From Candidatus Bipolaricaulia bacterium (lineage in GTDB: Bacteria > Bipolaricaulota > Bipolaricaulia > RBG-16-55-9), in contig JBDGQO010000033.1 in NCBI GenBank assembly GCA_042219045.1, positions 32,001-96,000 of the forward strand: DNA of 64,000 nucleotides. Direction: 5' to 3'. The notes below the pieces were generated by a model. That model was not told the origin of the DNA, searched no databases, and saw only the letters and a program-made list of their open reading frames with translations. Of this stretch, positions 42,607 to 52,967 are shown piece after piece; within the stretch, counting starts at the first letter, position 1, and each line of letters starts with the position of its first letter. The translations under genes were made by a program, and so were the position numbers.

Positions 42607-43875
42607 TCAAGCGTCGGTTGACGCTTGGTCGTCATCGACGTCCAAGACCTCGCAGTGGAGACGGCTTCGGTGGAGCCGCACCCAGACGCGCTCGCGCGGT
42701 TCCACTGAGGCTGCTGATTTGACGACATCCCCATCATCACGTTCCACGATCGCATAGCCCCGTTGCAGCAAGGCCGTCGGGTTGGCCGCGGACAGTCGAT
42801 CGGTCAGCGCGTCCAGACGCTCGCGCGCGGCGGTGAGACGCGACTGGAAGGCTCGGCTCAACAGATCGCTCTGGTGATCGAGGGCCTGACGCGCGTCCTG
42901 GATGCGACGGACGGGGCGGCGGAACGCGTAACTTCCGATCAGCCGCTCGATGCGCAGTTCCTCGTTCTCCAGGCGAGTCCGTTCCCGTTGAGCCAGGCGT
43001 TGTGCCATGTCGTCAAGTTGGCCCATGATCTCGTCTCGATGGGGCGCAATAACCTCAGCGGCCGCCGACGGCGTGGGCGCTCGCACGTCGGCCACAAAGT
43101 CGGTAATGGTGAAGTCGACCTGGTGGCCCACCGCGGAGACGACCGGCAGCCGGGAATGGAAGATCGCGCGGGCGACGATCTCCTCGTTGAACGCCCAGAG
43201 ATCCTCCAACGATCCGCCGCCCCGACCGACGATGAGCGCGTCCAACGGTTCGACCTCGCGGTCATAGCGATTGGCCTGCTGGATGGCGTGCGTGATCTCG
43301 GTTTTCGCCTCGTCTCCCTGAACCCGAACGGGCCAGAGTCGGAGCTCCAGCATGGGATACCGACGGGCGAGCACGGAGCAAATGTCGCGGAACGCTGCGC
43401 CGCTTCCGGAGGTCACCACGCCGACCCGCTGAGGAAATCGGGCCAATGGCCCCTTGTAGTTTTCCTCGAACAGCCCTTCGTTCTGGAGCTTTGCCTTCAG
43501 TTGTTCGAACGCCAATTGGAGTTTGCCGAGCCCCGCTTCCTTGAGCTGGCGGACGGCGATCTGGTATTTCCCCCGGCGCTCGTAGATCGTCAGCGAGCCG
43601 AACGCGAGCACGTTCATGCCGTCCTCCGGCGTGAAGTCGAGATTTCTGACGTAACCGCGGAACATCACGGCGTCCAACTCCGACGATTCGTCCTTCAGCG
43701 TGAAATAGCAGTGCCCGGAGCGAAATTGCCGGAAGTTGGAGATCTCGCCCTCGACCCAGAGCTTGGGAAACTCAACCTCCAGCTGCTCGCGCACGACGGC
43801 ATTCAGGTCCGAGACGGTATAGACGCTCGGTCCGTCGGCGGACGCATCAAAGGGCAGCTCGTTCATGGGCGGCAT
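42607..43875 (-). CDS. xseA: Exodeoxyribonuclease VII large subunit
   Basis: VEGEISNF, SGHCYFTLKD, GRGGGSLEDLWAFN, APTPSAAAE. Confidence 0.96.
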   Translation of the reverse strand: MPPMNELPFDASADGPSVYTVSDLNAVVREQLEVEFPKLWVEGEISNFRQFRSGHCYFTLKDESSELDAVMFRGYVRNLDFTPEDGMNVLAFGSLTIYERRGKYQIAVRQLKEAGLGKLQLAFEQLKAKLQNEGLFEENYKGPLARFPQRVGVVTSGSGAAFRDICSVLARRYPMLELRLWPVRVQGDEAKTEITHAIQQANRYDREVEPLDALIVGRGGGSLEDLWAFNEEIVARAIFHSRLPVVSAVGHQVDFTITDFVADVRAPTPSAAAEVIAPHRDEIMGQLDDMAQRLAQRERTRLENEELRIERLIGSYAFRRPVRRIQDARQALDHQSDLLSRAFQSRLTAARERLDALTDRLSAANPTALLQRGYAIVERDDGDVVKSAASVEPRERVWVRLHRSRLHCEVLDVDDDQASTDA

Positions 43876-43922
43876 AGCTCGAATAGATTAGTGTGATCCC
43901 TGAGTGCCAAGCAAGGGAGGCA

Positions 43923-44888
43923 TCACGTCGTTTGAACGACGCTCGTTCCGGCCTCGCCATCGAGGCCGTCGCGCGCCTGCCTCAGCGACGTGATCACGGC
44001 CCGTCGGCCGCCGTTTTCCAGGAACCGAACGGCTGCTTTAACCTTCGGCCCCATGCTTCCTGCGGGAAACTCTCCGTTCTCCAGATAGGCCTTGGCATCG
44101 GCCAACGACACTCGATCGAGTTCCGCCTGTTCGGGCGTGCCGTAGCGCACTGCGACCCGTTCCACGTCGGTCAGGATCATCAGCGTCTCGGCGTCCAGTG
44201 AGCTGGCGAGGCGCTCGGTGGCGAGATCCTTGTCGATGACGGCGTCGATGCCCTCTAGTTGCCCATTCCGGCGAATGACGGGGACGCCACCGCCGCCGCA
44301 GGCGATGACGAGTTGATCGTTCGCGACCATCGACGCAATGTTGGCCGCTTCAACGATCTCGAGCGGATCTGGCGAGGGAACGACGCGTCGATACGGACGC
44401 TCACCCTGACCGACCCTTTCGATGACGTAGCCGGGTTGATTTGCAAACCGTTCCGCTTCGGCCTCGGTGTAGAACGGCCCGATCGGCTTGCTCGGCCGAT
44501 CGAAGGCCCCGTCTTCCGGATCGACGACCGCCTGTGTGGTCACCGACGCGACAGGCTGGGAGATGCCGCGCTCAGCGAGCGTTTGTCGGAGGGCTTGCTG
44601 GAAGAGATAGCCGATCTGGCCCTGCGTCATCGCCACACAGACGTCGAGCGGCACGGGCGGCACGTCCTCCGAACTCAGCTCCTGTTGAAGCAGTAGCGCA
44701 CCGACCTGCGGGCCGTTGCCGTGCGTGAGCACGACCCGCCGGCCGTCGGCGATGATCTCGGCTATCTGGGCGGCACTGTCCTGGACTGCGGCTCGTTGCT
44801 CCTCCAGGGTGCCGTGTCCTTGGGCCGAGGAGATCGCGTTGCCGCCCAAGGCGATAACGGCCGTGTGGTGTGCATCTAAGGTTTCCAT
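43923..44888 (-). CDS. arcC: Carbamate kinase
   Basis: ALGGNA, THGNGPQVG, KPIGPFY, RRVVPSP, AVIDKD, GSMGPK. Confidence 0.95.
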   Translation of the reverse strand: METLDAHHTAVIALGGNAISSAQGHGTLEEQRAAVQDSAAQIAEIIADGRRVVLTHGNGPQVGALLLQQELSSEDVPPVPLDVCVAMTQGQIGYLFQQALRQTLAERGISQPVASVTTQAVVDPEDGAFDRPSKPIGPFYTEAEAERFANQPGYVIERVGQGERPYRRVVPSPDPLEIVEAANIASMVANDQLVIACGGGGVPVIRRNGQLEGIDAVIDKDLATERLASSLDAETLMILTDVERVAVRYGTPEQAELDRVSLADAKAYLENGEFPAGSMGPKVKAAVRFLENGGRRAVITSLRQARDGLDGEAGTSVVQTT

Positions 44889-44901
44889 GGGGGATCGCAG
44901 C

Positions 44902-46311
44902 CTAAACCGTATCGACCTTGATTAGATTGGTGGTGCCGGGGACGCCGAAGGGCGCGCCGGCGGTCAGCACGACGGGCATGTCGGGCGGAATCTGGAAGTG
45001 GCGTGCGGCGGTCTCGATGGCGCGACGCAGCATCAGTTCGGTGTTGTCGTGATAGCCGACCACCAAGGAATAGACCCCCCACACGAGCGCCAGCTTGTTG
45101 CGCACGCGCTCCGAATACGTCACGACGACGATCGGGGTGCGCGGCCGAAACTTGGCCACAAGCTTGGCTGTCGACCCTGACGCCGTCGAGGGGATGATGG
45201 CCGCGGCTTCAATCCGTTCGGCGATCTCGCAAGCCGATTCCCCAATCGCCTCTGTGACCGAGGCTTGGCTCCCTTTCAGACGATGGTAGACTTCCTCGTC
45301 GCGCTCGATGCGCTCGGCGACGTTGGTCATCACCTCGATCGTCGCTATCGGATAGTCGCCGATGGCTGTTTCCTCGCTGAGCATGATGGCATCAGTGCCG
45401 TCCATAATGGCGTTGGCGACGTCAGCAACCTCCGCGCGGGTGGGCGTCGGGGCGTCGGTCATCGACTTGAGCATTTGGGTGGCAATGATGACCGGCTTGC
45501 CTGCGTCGTTGCATTTGGTGACGATCTGCTTCTGCGCGAGCGGAACCTCCTCATACGGCAGCTCCACGCCGAGGTCGCCGCGGGCGACCATGATGCCATC
45601 GGCCGCGTCGATGATCTCGTCAATGTGTTGGTACGCCTTCGGCGTCTCGATCTTCGCAATGACGCCGATGGGCGCGTCGCCGATGACTTCGCGAACTTGA
45701 TGAATATCGGCGGCGCGCTGCACGAACGACACCGCGAGCCAATCCACGTCGAGATCAACGGCAAAACGGAGGTCCGCGTCGTCGTGCGCGTCCATGGGGA
45801 TGTCGACGTCGGGCACGCTGATCCGCTTCCGCTCAGCGAGCACGCCGTCGTTCTGCACTTCGCAAATGACGTCGCCGTCGATGACCTCGTCCACGGTCAT
45901 CACGATCTCGCCGCCGGCCAGCATCACTTCCATGCCCGGCTTGACGTAGTCAGCAAAGTCGTCGCGGTCCACGTAGACGCGGTTCTCGTCGCCGATGATC
46001 GACTCGTTCGTAAGCGTGAACGTCTGCCCGGCCTGCAGCGCGACGTGTTCGCCCTTGAGCGTTCCGGTGCGAATGCCTTCGCCCGGCGCGTCGGCCATGA
46101 CGGCCAGCGGGGTCTCGAGGTTCGTGGCCACCTGCCGGACGCCTTCGAGCATCTGGCGATGGGTATCGGCATCCCCGTGGGCCAGGTTGAGCCGCACGAC
46201 GTTCATGCCCGCGCGGATCATCTCCCCGATCGTGGAGGCGTCGTGGGACGCTGGCCCGAGCGTGGCGACGATCTTGGTTTTTTTCAGCGAGTGGTCCATG
46301 TACGCGGTCAT
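44902..46311 (-). CDS. pyk: Pyruvate kinase
   Basis: TKIVATLGPAS, AKIE, MVARGDLGVE, PTRAE, MLSEETA. Confidence 0.96.
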   Translation of the reverse strand: MTAYMDHSLKKTKIVATLGPASHDASTIGEMIRAGMNVVRLNLAHGDADTHRQMLEGVRQVATNLETPLAVMADAPGEGIRTGTLKGEHVALQAGQTFTLTNESIIGDENRVYVDRDDFADYVKPGMEVMLAGGEIVMTVDEVIDGDVICEVQNDGVLAERKRISVPDVDIPMDAHDDADLRFAVDLDVDWLAVSFVQRAADIHQVREVIGDAPIGVIAKIETPKAYQHIDEIIDAADGIMVARGDLGVELPYEEVPLAQKQIVTKCNDAGKPVIIATQMLKSMTDAPTPTRAEVADVANAIMDGTDAIMLSEETAIGDYPIATIEVMTNVAERIERDEEVYHRLKGSQASVTEAIGESACEIAERIEAAAIIPSTASGSTAKLVAKFRPRTPIVVVTYSERVRNKLALVWGVYSLVVGYHDNTELMLRRAIETAARHFQIPPDMPVVLTAGAPFGVPGTTNLIKVDTV

Positions 46312-46580
46312 CGCCCCATTTGTGGAATGACCTGCCGAACGGACGTTCGGTAGGTTGCCGTTCGGGTTCGCTCCGTATGTTGGGAAAGCCTAGTGTATCA
46401 GCTCGCCCGCGGTGCGCCAACAAGCCGCGCATCGGGGCTTAACGCCGCACCGCAGGGCATGATATAGATCATAGCGGCGCTTGCGACCGATACCTACGAT
46501 GCCGTATCGTGTCGGCCAATCGTTCACGCAAAGCATCAACAAGACGGCCCTGACCCTCAACATGCACAAGGAATGAAACC

Positions 46581-46982
46581 GTGGCTGAGCGACCAACCAT
46601 CAAGACCAAAGGACCCCGAACCGGCTTGTCGCTTTGGGAGGCCCTGCGATACCGCGGCGGCGCCGGCCAATGGGCCTGGATCCTCCATCGCGTCACCGGG
46701 CTTGGCGTCCTGTTTTTCCTGATACTGCACATCCTCGACATCTACATGGCCGCGTTCGGTCCGGCCGTGTTCAACAAGCTGTTGTTCATCTACCACAGCG
46801 TCGTGTTCAAGCCCCTGATCATCCTGCTCATCTTCGGGGTCATCTACCATGCGCTCAACGGCCTGCGGCTCGTGATGTTCGACCTGTGGCCCAAGTCGGC
46901 GCTGGCGCAGCGCGAGATGTGGTACGGCGCGATGGCGATCAGCGTAGGCGTGGCGCTCGTTTCGATCGTCGTGATGATCTAG
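46581..46982 (+). CDS. sdhC: Succinate dehydrogenase cytochrome b556 subunit
   Basis: WILHRVTG, YHALNGLR, 3 TMs. Confidence 0.9.
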   Translation: MAERPTIKTKGPRTGLSLWEALRYRGGAGQWAWILHRVTGLGVLFFLILHILDIYMAAFGPAVFNKLLFIYHSVVFKPLIILLIFGVIYHALNGLRLVMFDLWPKSALAQREMWYGAMAISVGVALVSIVVMI

Positions 46983-47000
46983 AGGAGGCGTTCGCACCTT

Positions 47001-47414
47001 ATGGCTATTCCCCCGTCGCGCGCCCACGCCGGCAGCAACTTCGAGCGCTGGTCCTGGTACTTCATGCGCGTTTCCGGCGTGGTGCTGTTGTTTATCGCCG
47101 TGTTCCATCTGCTCTGGATGCATTGGGTGATCGGCCTGGAAAACATCAAATTCGAGACGATCGTGGTCCGCTGGACGGGGTCATTTGGGCCGTTCTGGCG
47201 CGTCTATGACCTGTTGCTGTTGACGTTCGCGTTGACCCACGGCATGAACGGGTTACGTTGGGTCATCGACGATTATGTCCATGGCCGTGGCGCCAACACG
47301 ATCTTGAAGGCCGCGTTCGGCATACTGTTCGTTGTCCTGATCGTGATCGGCGCCTACGTCATCTTCACGTTCAGCGCGCCGCCTGAGATATCGCTAAAGG
47401 GGATGGGCGTATGA
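47001..47414 (+). CDS. sdhD: Succinate dehydrogenase membrane anchor
   Basis: [19 protein letters not shown]. Confidence 0.9.
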   Translation: MAIPPSRAHAGSNFERWSWYFMRVSGVVLLFIAVFHLLWMHWVIGLENIKFETIVVRWTGSFGPFWRVYDLLLLTFALTHGMNGLRWVIDDYVHGRGANTILKAAFGILFVVLIVIGAYVIFTFSAPPEISLKGMGV

Positions 47415-49183
47415 TCCATCGACACCATCATGACGTGATTATCGTCGGCGCGGGCGGCGCAGGGCTCATGGCGGCGCTCCATGCCTCAAGGGGCGCCGAC
47501 ACGGCCGTGCTGAGCAAGCTTTACCCGACGCGCTCGCATACGGGCGCCGCCCAAGGCGGCATTGGGGCTGCCTTGGGCAATCTCGAGGAAGACCGTCCCG
47601 AGTGGCACACCTACGACACCATCAAGGGCAGCGACTATCTGGCCGATCAGGACGCCGTGGAGCTGATGTGCCGCGAGGCGCCGGAGACGATCATCGAGCT
47701 TGAGCACCTCGGACTGCCCTTTGATCGCACCGATGAGGGACGCATTTCCCAACGACGCTTCGGCGGCCACACCAACAACGATACGCAACAGCCCGTACGT
47801 CGGGCCTGTCACGCCGCGGATCGAACCGGCCACATGATCCTGCAGACGCTTTATCAGCAGTGCATCAAGAACGAGGTCAACTTCTTTGACGAGTTTCAAG
47901 TGATCGATCTCTTGATCAACGAGGGGCGCGTGGCCGGCATCGTGGCCTATGACATCGACGCCGGCGAATACCACATCTTCCAGGCGAAGAGCGTGCTCTT
48001 TGCAACGGGCGGTTGGGGGCGACTCTGGTCGGTCTCCAGCAACGCCGTGACGCTGAGCGGCGACGGGGCCGCGGTCGTCTACAAGCGCGGTATCCCCTTG
48101 GAGGACATGGAGTTCTATCAGTTCCATCCGACGGGCATCTATCGCATGGGGATCCTGATCACCGAGGGCGTCCGGGGCGAGGGCGGCGTGCTCATCAACG
48201 ACGAGGGCGAACGGTTCATGGATCGTTACGCGCCGACGATCAAGGATCTGGCCTCGCGCGACGTGGTCTCTCGCGCCATCTACCTCGAAATCCAAGACGG
48301 GCGCGGCATCAACGGGGAGGACTACGTCTATTTGGATGTGCGGCCCGAGACCGTCAATCGCTATCTGCCTGACGACCGCGAGCGGGTTACGGCGAAGCAC
48401 TTGGAGCAGCGCCTGCCCGACATCCTCGACTTCTGCGAGACGTATCTCGGCATCGATCCCACGAAGGAACCGATCCCCATCCAGCCGACCGCGCACTACG
48501 CCATGGGCGGCATTCCGACCAACGCCAACGGCGAAGTCGTGATCGACGCCGACAACACCCCCATGCCCGGGCTGTTCGCTGCGGGCGAAACGGCGTGCGT
48601 GTCGGTCCACGGGGCCAATCGGCTCGGCACGAACAGCCTGTTGGATCTCGTCGTCTTCGGCAAACTGGCCGGCCAGCGGGCCGCCCAGCACGCGGGCGAC
48701 GTTGACTGGGCCGATCTGCCGGAAGACAAGGCCCAAGGGGCGATCGAGGCGTTCGACGCCCTGAGATGTTCGAGCGGCTCAGAAAACCCCTTCGAGATTC
48801 GCGACGAGCTGCAGAAGACGATGATGACCAACGTCGGCGTCTTCCGCACCGACAAGCTCATGGCCGAGGCGCGCGAGCAGTTGCTCGAGTTGCGCGAGCG
48901 CTTCAAGAATGTCGGCTTGGGCGACCATGGGAAACGCTTCAACCAGGACTTACTGGAGACCTGGGAGATCGGCAACATGATCGAGCTGAGTCTCGTGACG
49001 ACCGAGAGCGCCCTGGCACGCACGGAAAGCCGCGGCGCCCACTCGCGCGAGGACCATGCCGAGCGCGACGACGACAACTGGCTCTACCACACGTTGGCAT
49101 TCCGAACCGAGGACGGCACGGCCCAGCTTGACCACAAGCCGGTGGTGATCACAAACTATCAGCCGAAAGAGCGCGTTTACTGA
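47411..49183 (+). CDS. sdhA: Succinate dehydrogenase flavoprotein
   Basis: [28 protein letters not shown]. Confidence 0.97.
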   Translation: MIHRHHHDVIIVGAGGAGLMAALHASRGADTAVLSKLYPTRSHTGAAQGGIGAALGNLEEDRPEWHTYDTIKGSDYLADQDAVELMCREAPETIIELEHLGLPFDRTDEGRISQRRFGGHTNNDTQQPVRRACHAADRTGHMILQTLYQQCIKNEVNFFDEFQVIDLLINEGRVAGIVAYDIDAGEYHIFQAKSVLFATGGWGRLWSVSSNAVTLSGDGAAVVYKRGIPLEDMEFYQFHPTGIYRMGILITEGVRGEGGVLINDEGERFMDRYAPTIKDLASRDVVSRAIYLEIQDGRGINGEDYVYLDVRPETVNRYLPDDRERVTAKHLEQRLPDILDFCETYLGIDPTKEPIPIQPTAHYAMGGIPTNANGEVVIDADNTPMPGLFAAGETACVSVHGANRLGTNSLLDLVVFGKLAGQRAAQHAGDVDWADLPEDKAQGAIEAFDALRCSSGSENPFEIRDELQKTMMTNVGVFRTDKLMAEAREQLLELRERFKNVGLGDHGKRFNQDLLETWEIGNMIELSLVTTESALARTESRGAHSREDHAERDDDNWLYHTLAFRTEDGTAQLDHKPVVITNYQPKERVY

Positions 49184-49200
49184 TTGGGTGACCCCTCTGC

Positions 49201-49914
49201 ATGAACACGCGAACGCTCAAGATCCTGCGCTACAATCCCGAAGCCGACGACAAGCCTTACTGGGGCGAGTTCGAGTTGGACGTCGAGCCGACGGATCGAT
49301 TGCTCGACACCCTCAATCAGATCAAGTGGTACCACGACGGCACGCTCGGCGTGCGCCGCTCCTGCCAGCACGGCATCTGCGGCTCCGACGCCATGGTGGT
49401 CAACGGCCAGAACATGCTCGCCTGCAAGGTGCTCATGCGCGACCTCAAGGATCCCGTCTCGGTCGCGCCGATGCGGGCGTTCAGCGTGATCAAGGACCTC
49501 ATCGTTGACATGGAGCCGTTCTTTGAAAAGTATCGGGCGATGATGCCGTATCTGGTCAACGAGGATCGGCCGCCGGCCCACGAGCGGCTCCAGTCGCAAG
49601 AGGACCGCGACTGCATCGACGACTCCACCAAGTGCATCCTTTGCGGCGCGTGCACGACGGCCTGTCCCTCGTTCTGGGCCAACGAGGACTACGTCGGCCC
49701 GGCGGCCATCGTGCAGGCGCATCGCTTCATCTTCGACAGCCGCGATCAAGCCTGGAAGCAGCGGCTCGACCTGCTCAACGATCGCGATGGCGTTTGGAGC
49801 TGCCGCAACATCTTCAACTGCACCGATGCCTGCCCGCGCGGCATTAAGGTCACCAAGGCGATATCGGAAGTGCGTCAGGCGATGGTGTCCGAGTCGCGCG
49901 ACGTCGGCGACTGA
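49201..49914 (+). CDS. sdhB: Succinate dehydrogenase iron-sulfur subunit
   Basis: SCQHGICGSD, CILCGACTTACP, CRNIFNCTDACP. Confidence 0.97.
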   Translation: MNTRTLKILRYNPEADDKPYWGEFELDVEPTDRLLDTLNQIKWYHDGTLGVRRSCQHGICGSDAMVVNGQNMLACKVLMRDLKDPVSVAPMRAFSVIKDLIVDMEPFFEKYRAMMPYLVNEDRPPAHERLQSQEDRDCIDDSTKCILCGACTTACPSFWANEDYVGPAAIVQAHRFIFDSRDQAWKQRLDLLNDRDGVWSCRNIFNCTDACPRGIKVTKAISEVRQAMVSESRDVGD

Positions 49915-49990
49915 ATGCCCCCGTTCGCGCCATGCGGCGACATTCGGGCGATGACATCGCTCGGGACCCCGGTCGGCCGTCCGGAAGGCA

Positions 49991-50722
49991 TCAACGCTTC
50001 ACACCGCGATAGAGGACCGCAATGCCCATGGACAGCCGTTCGTAGGCGGCCTCGGTCAGCCCAGCGTCGCGCATCATGCCGGAAATGGCTTCGGGCGAGG
50101 GGAACGCGCGAATCGTGCGATCGAGGTAGGAATAGGCCGCTCGGTCACCCGTGATCCACCCACCGAGGCGCGGAAGCACGTAACGCAGATAGGGAAAATA
50201 GAAGGCCCGGACGAGCGGAGAGGGCGGCGTCGCGAACTCCAGGATGAGCAGTCGGCCGCCCGGGCGCAACACTCGACTCATCTCCGCAATGCCTGCCCGA
50301 TGATCGGCCAGGTTCCGCAAGCCAAACGCCATGCTGGCGACGTCGGCACAGGAGTCGGCGATCGGCAACCGGAGCGCGTCCCCTTCCAAGAGCATCGACG
50401 CGGACGTGCGCTGGCGAAGCTTCGTTTGGCCGACCTCGAGCATGGGCCGAGCGAAGTCGGCCCCGTAAACCGTCAGCGTCGGGTCGGCGTGCGCGAAGTC
50501 CCGTGCCAGCTCGGCGGTTCCCGTGCAGACGTCGAGGATGACGTCGTTCGTTTGGGGGGTGGCCCGTTGGATGAGGCGTTGCCGCCAGCCCACGTCGCGC
50601 CCCAGGCTCAGCACGCGGTTGGCCCGATCGTAGCGATGCGCGATCCGCGAAAACATCCGGGAGACATCGGACGCTTCGGGCGCTTCGGGCGGAGACGCGG
50701 GCGTCGAGTCGGCGGTTGCCAT
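49991..50722 (-). CDS. menG: Demethylmenaquinone methyltransferase (UbiE/MenG)
   Basis: MF..IA.RYD..N..LSLG, DVCTGT, FGLRN, AYSYL. Confidence 0.9.
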   Translation of the reverse strand: MATADSTPASPPEAPEASDVSRMFSRIAHRYDRANRVLSLGRDVGWRQRLIQRATPQTNDVILDVCTGTAELARDFAHADPTLTVYGADFARPMLEVGQTKLRQRTSASMLLEGDALRLPIADSCADVASMAFGLRNLADHRAGIAEMSRVLRPGGRLLILEFATPPSPLVRAFYFPYLRYVLPRLGGWITGDRAAYSYLDRTIRAFPSPEAISGMMRDAGLTEAAYERLSMGIAVLYRGVKR

Positions 50723-50741
50723 GGGCGGCGGGCGGTGTGGG

Positions 50742-51164
50742 TCAGAGATCGGCGGTCAAGCCGACGATGTCGACGTTCACCTCGTCGACCTCGGCGCCGG
50801 CCAATTCCTCCAGCTTGCGCTTGACCATCTGAATGGCGCTTTCCGCGGACTTGTGAATCGGCATGCCGTACTGCGCGACCAGTGACAGGCGCAGCTTCAG
50901 GCGCTTGCCCGGCTCACCGGCGATGGTTTCGTCGTCTTCGTCCTCATCGTCCGTCTGGTCGACCTCGTCGGGCGCCAACTCGATCTGGATGCCGTCGCCC
51001 TGTTGCGCTCGCGACAGCGACGTCCAGAGGCCGCCGCCCTTGACACGGTCCGGCGTAAACAGCCCGTCAACCTCCAGAAGCGCGCCGTAGACGATCATCT
51101 CCAGCGCCCGTTCTTCGATGAACAGTTCGCCCAGTTCGCTTTCCGTCGGTTCGACCTCGTTCAT
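50742..51164 (-). CDS. Asp23/Gls24 family protein
   Basis: LGELFI...ALEMI...EVDG, YG..I, VDEVNVDIVG. Confidence 0.75.
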   Translation of the reverse strand: MNEVEPTESELGELFIEERALEMIVYGALLEVDGLFTPDRVKGGGLWTSLSRAQQGDGIQIELAPDEVDQTDDEDEDDETIAGEPGKRLKLRLSLVAQYGMPIHKSAESAIQMVKRKLEELAGAEVDEVNVDIVGLTADL

Positions 51165-51191
51165 GGCGGTCCCCCTTACGTTGGTTTGCAA

Positions 51192-52043
51192 CTACGCCTG
51201 GCGCGTGGCCAGTTCGGTCGTCATCTCCCGCAGTCGATCCGCCTCGTTGCCGAAACTTGCCAGGGCCTGGGTGGCGGCATCGGTCTCGCGGCGGATCCGC
51301 TCCCGGGCGGCATCGCGGCCCATGAACCTCGACAGCCGGGCCGAGCCGTCCGCCTCGTCCCAATCGAGCACGTCGTCCACGAGCTGATACGACAGTCCCA
51401 AATGCGTGCCGAACGCGCCCAGCTCGTCCAAGGCCTTGCCATCCAGCCCCGCCAACGTGCCGCCTGCCACGAGGGCCGCCCGGATCAGCCGGGCCGTCTT
51501 GCGGGCGTGCACCTCGTGCCAGGGCTCGCCGTTGGACGTCGACGGCGGCGACTCCAACAGATCCAGATACTGGCCGCCCGCCAGGCCGTTGACCCCGAGC
51601 GTCTCGGCAAAGAGCGCGACGACGTTGATGAGACGTTCCGCGCCCGCGTAGGCCCGCTGTTCGCGGCTGATCAACTCAAAGCCGAGCGGCAAGAGCGAAT
51701 CTCCGACGAGGATCGCGTTGGCTTCCCCGTGCTCGACGTGGACGGTCGGCTGGCCGCGCCGCTCGGCGTCGTCGTCCATCGCGGGGAGGTCGTCGTGCAC
51801 GAGCGAGTAGGCATGGAAACACTCGATCGCGGCGGCGGTCGGCAGGGCATGTTGAGGGGCCAAGCCGCCCAGTTCGGCCGCCTCCATGACCAGGATTGCC
51901 CGCACTCGCTTGCCGCCCCGAAGCGCGTATAACATGGCCTCTTGGAGCGTAGCAATGGGGGAGCTGTCGCGCTCGGCTAGCCCCCGTTCCAGGAAGTCGT
52001 TCACCCAGGTGCGCCGCTCGGCAAAGTGGGCCTCCAAATCCAT
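51192..52043 (-). CDS. ispA: Polyprenyl (farnesyl) diphosphate synthase
   Basis: GGKRVR, SLVHDDLPAMDDD..RRG, GGQYLD, YQLVDDVLD. Confidence 0.93.
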   Translation of the reverse strand: MDLEAHFAERRTWVNDFLERGLAERDSSPIATLQEAMLYALRGGKRVRAILVMEAAELGGLAPQHALPTAAAIECFHAYSLVHDDLPAMDDDAERRGQPTVHVEHGEANAILVGDSLLPLGFELISREQRAYAGAERLINVVALFAETLGVNGLAGGQYLDLLESPPSTSNGEPWHEVHARKTARLIRAALVAGGTLAGLDGKALDELGAFGTHLGLSYQLVDDVLDWDEADGSARLSRFMGRDAARERIRRETDAATQALASFGNEADRLREMTTELATRQA

Positions 52044-52124
52044 AACTGCCCCAAGTATACGCGCTGATCCGCCGGACGCACAACGGGCTTGTGGCTTCGG
52101 AAACGGGCGTGTAGACTGACGCTC

Positions 52125-52583
52125 ATGCGGTTGGTCATCCAACGGGTGAGCGAGGCGCGCGTCGACGTTGACGGCACAACGGTGGGCCAGATCGGCCCAG
52201 GGCTGCTCGTGCTCGTGGGAGCTCACGCCGACGACGAGCCCGCCAGCGCGGATCATCTCGCCAAGAAGACCGCCAAACTTCGTATCTTCCCCGATGATAA
52301 AGGGAGAATGAACCGATCCGTTGTTGACATTGGCGGCGGCGTGCTGGCCGTTTCGCAGTTCACGCTCTACGGCGACACGCGCAAGGGGAATCGACCAAGC
52401 TTTACGGACGCCGCCCCTCCCGAGCAGGCCGAGCCGCTTCTGGAACGCTATGTGGCCGCGCTGCGCGAGCAGGTGGCCGAGGTGGAAACGGGCCAGTTCG
52501 GCGCCATGATGGACGTCGGTCTGGTCAACGATGGGCCCGTGACGCTCGTGTTGGATCACCCCGAGGGCCCCGCAACGCGCTAG
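52125..52583 (+). CDS. dtd: D-aminoacyl-tRNA deacylase
   Basis: VIQRV, SQFTL, GNRPSF, NDGPVT. Confidence 0.96.
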   Translation: MRLVIQRVSEARVDVDGTTVGQIGPGLLVLVGAHADDEPASADHLAKKTAKLRIFPDDKGRMNRSVVDIGGGVLAVSQFTLYGDTRKGNRPSFTDAAPPEQAEPLLERYVAALREQVAEVETGQFGAMMDVGLVNDGPVTLVLDHPEGPATR

Positions 52584-52640
52584 TTGCAGGCGGCCGAGCC
52601 GCCAAGTAGAATACGCCACCCGAAAGGAAGGAGCCGTGTC

Positions 52641-52826
52641 ATGGGCGTTCCCAAGTATCGCACCTCACGATCAACCAAGCGGAAGCGAAACACCCATCGG
52701 AAAATGGCGCGGGCGGCCATCACTGAGTGTCCGCGTTGCCACGAGCCGAAGTTGCCACACCGCGTCTGCTCGAACTGCGGTACCTATCGCGGCGTCGACG
52801 TCCTCCAGCTCGAGGACGAGGAGTAG
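52641..52826 (+). CDS. rpmF: 50S ribosomal protein L32 (Zn-ribbon type)
   Basis: MGVPK.RTSR, CPRC...PHRVCSNCG.Y. Confidence 0.95.
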   Translation: MGVPKYRTSRSTKRKRNTHRKMARAAITECPRCHEPKLPHRVCSNCGTYRGVDVLQLEDEE

Positions 52827-52830
52827 GCCG

Positions 52831-52938
52831 ATGGAGTGGATCCTGCATCCGCCCGGGGCACACGGTGGCTACTTGGCGGTGGTCCTGTTGCTCGGGTCCA
52901 TCATCTACATGGGCTATGCCTTCATTCGTTACCGTTAG
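52831..52938 (+). CDS. 35-aa single-TM small protein
   Basis: GAGGAG RBS in rpmF tail; MEWILHPPGAHGGYLAVVLLLGSIIYMGYAFIRYR. Confidence 0.55.
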   Translation: MEWILHPPGAHGGYLAVVLLLGSIIYMGYAFIRYR

Positions 52939-52967
52939 CGCCCCCTCCCGACTTAACTGATCGGTCC

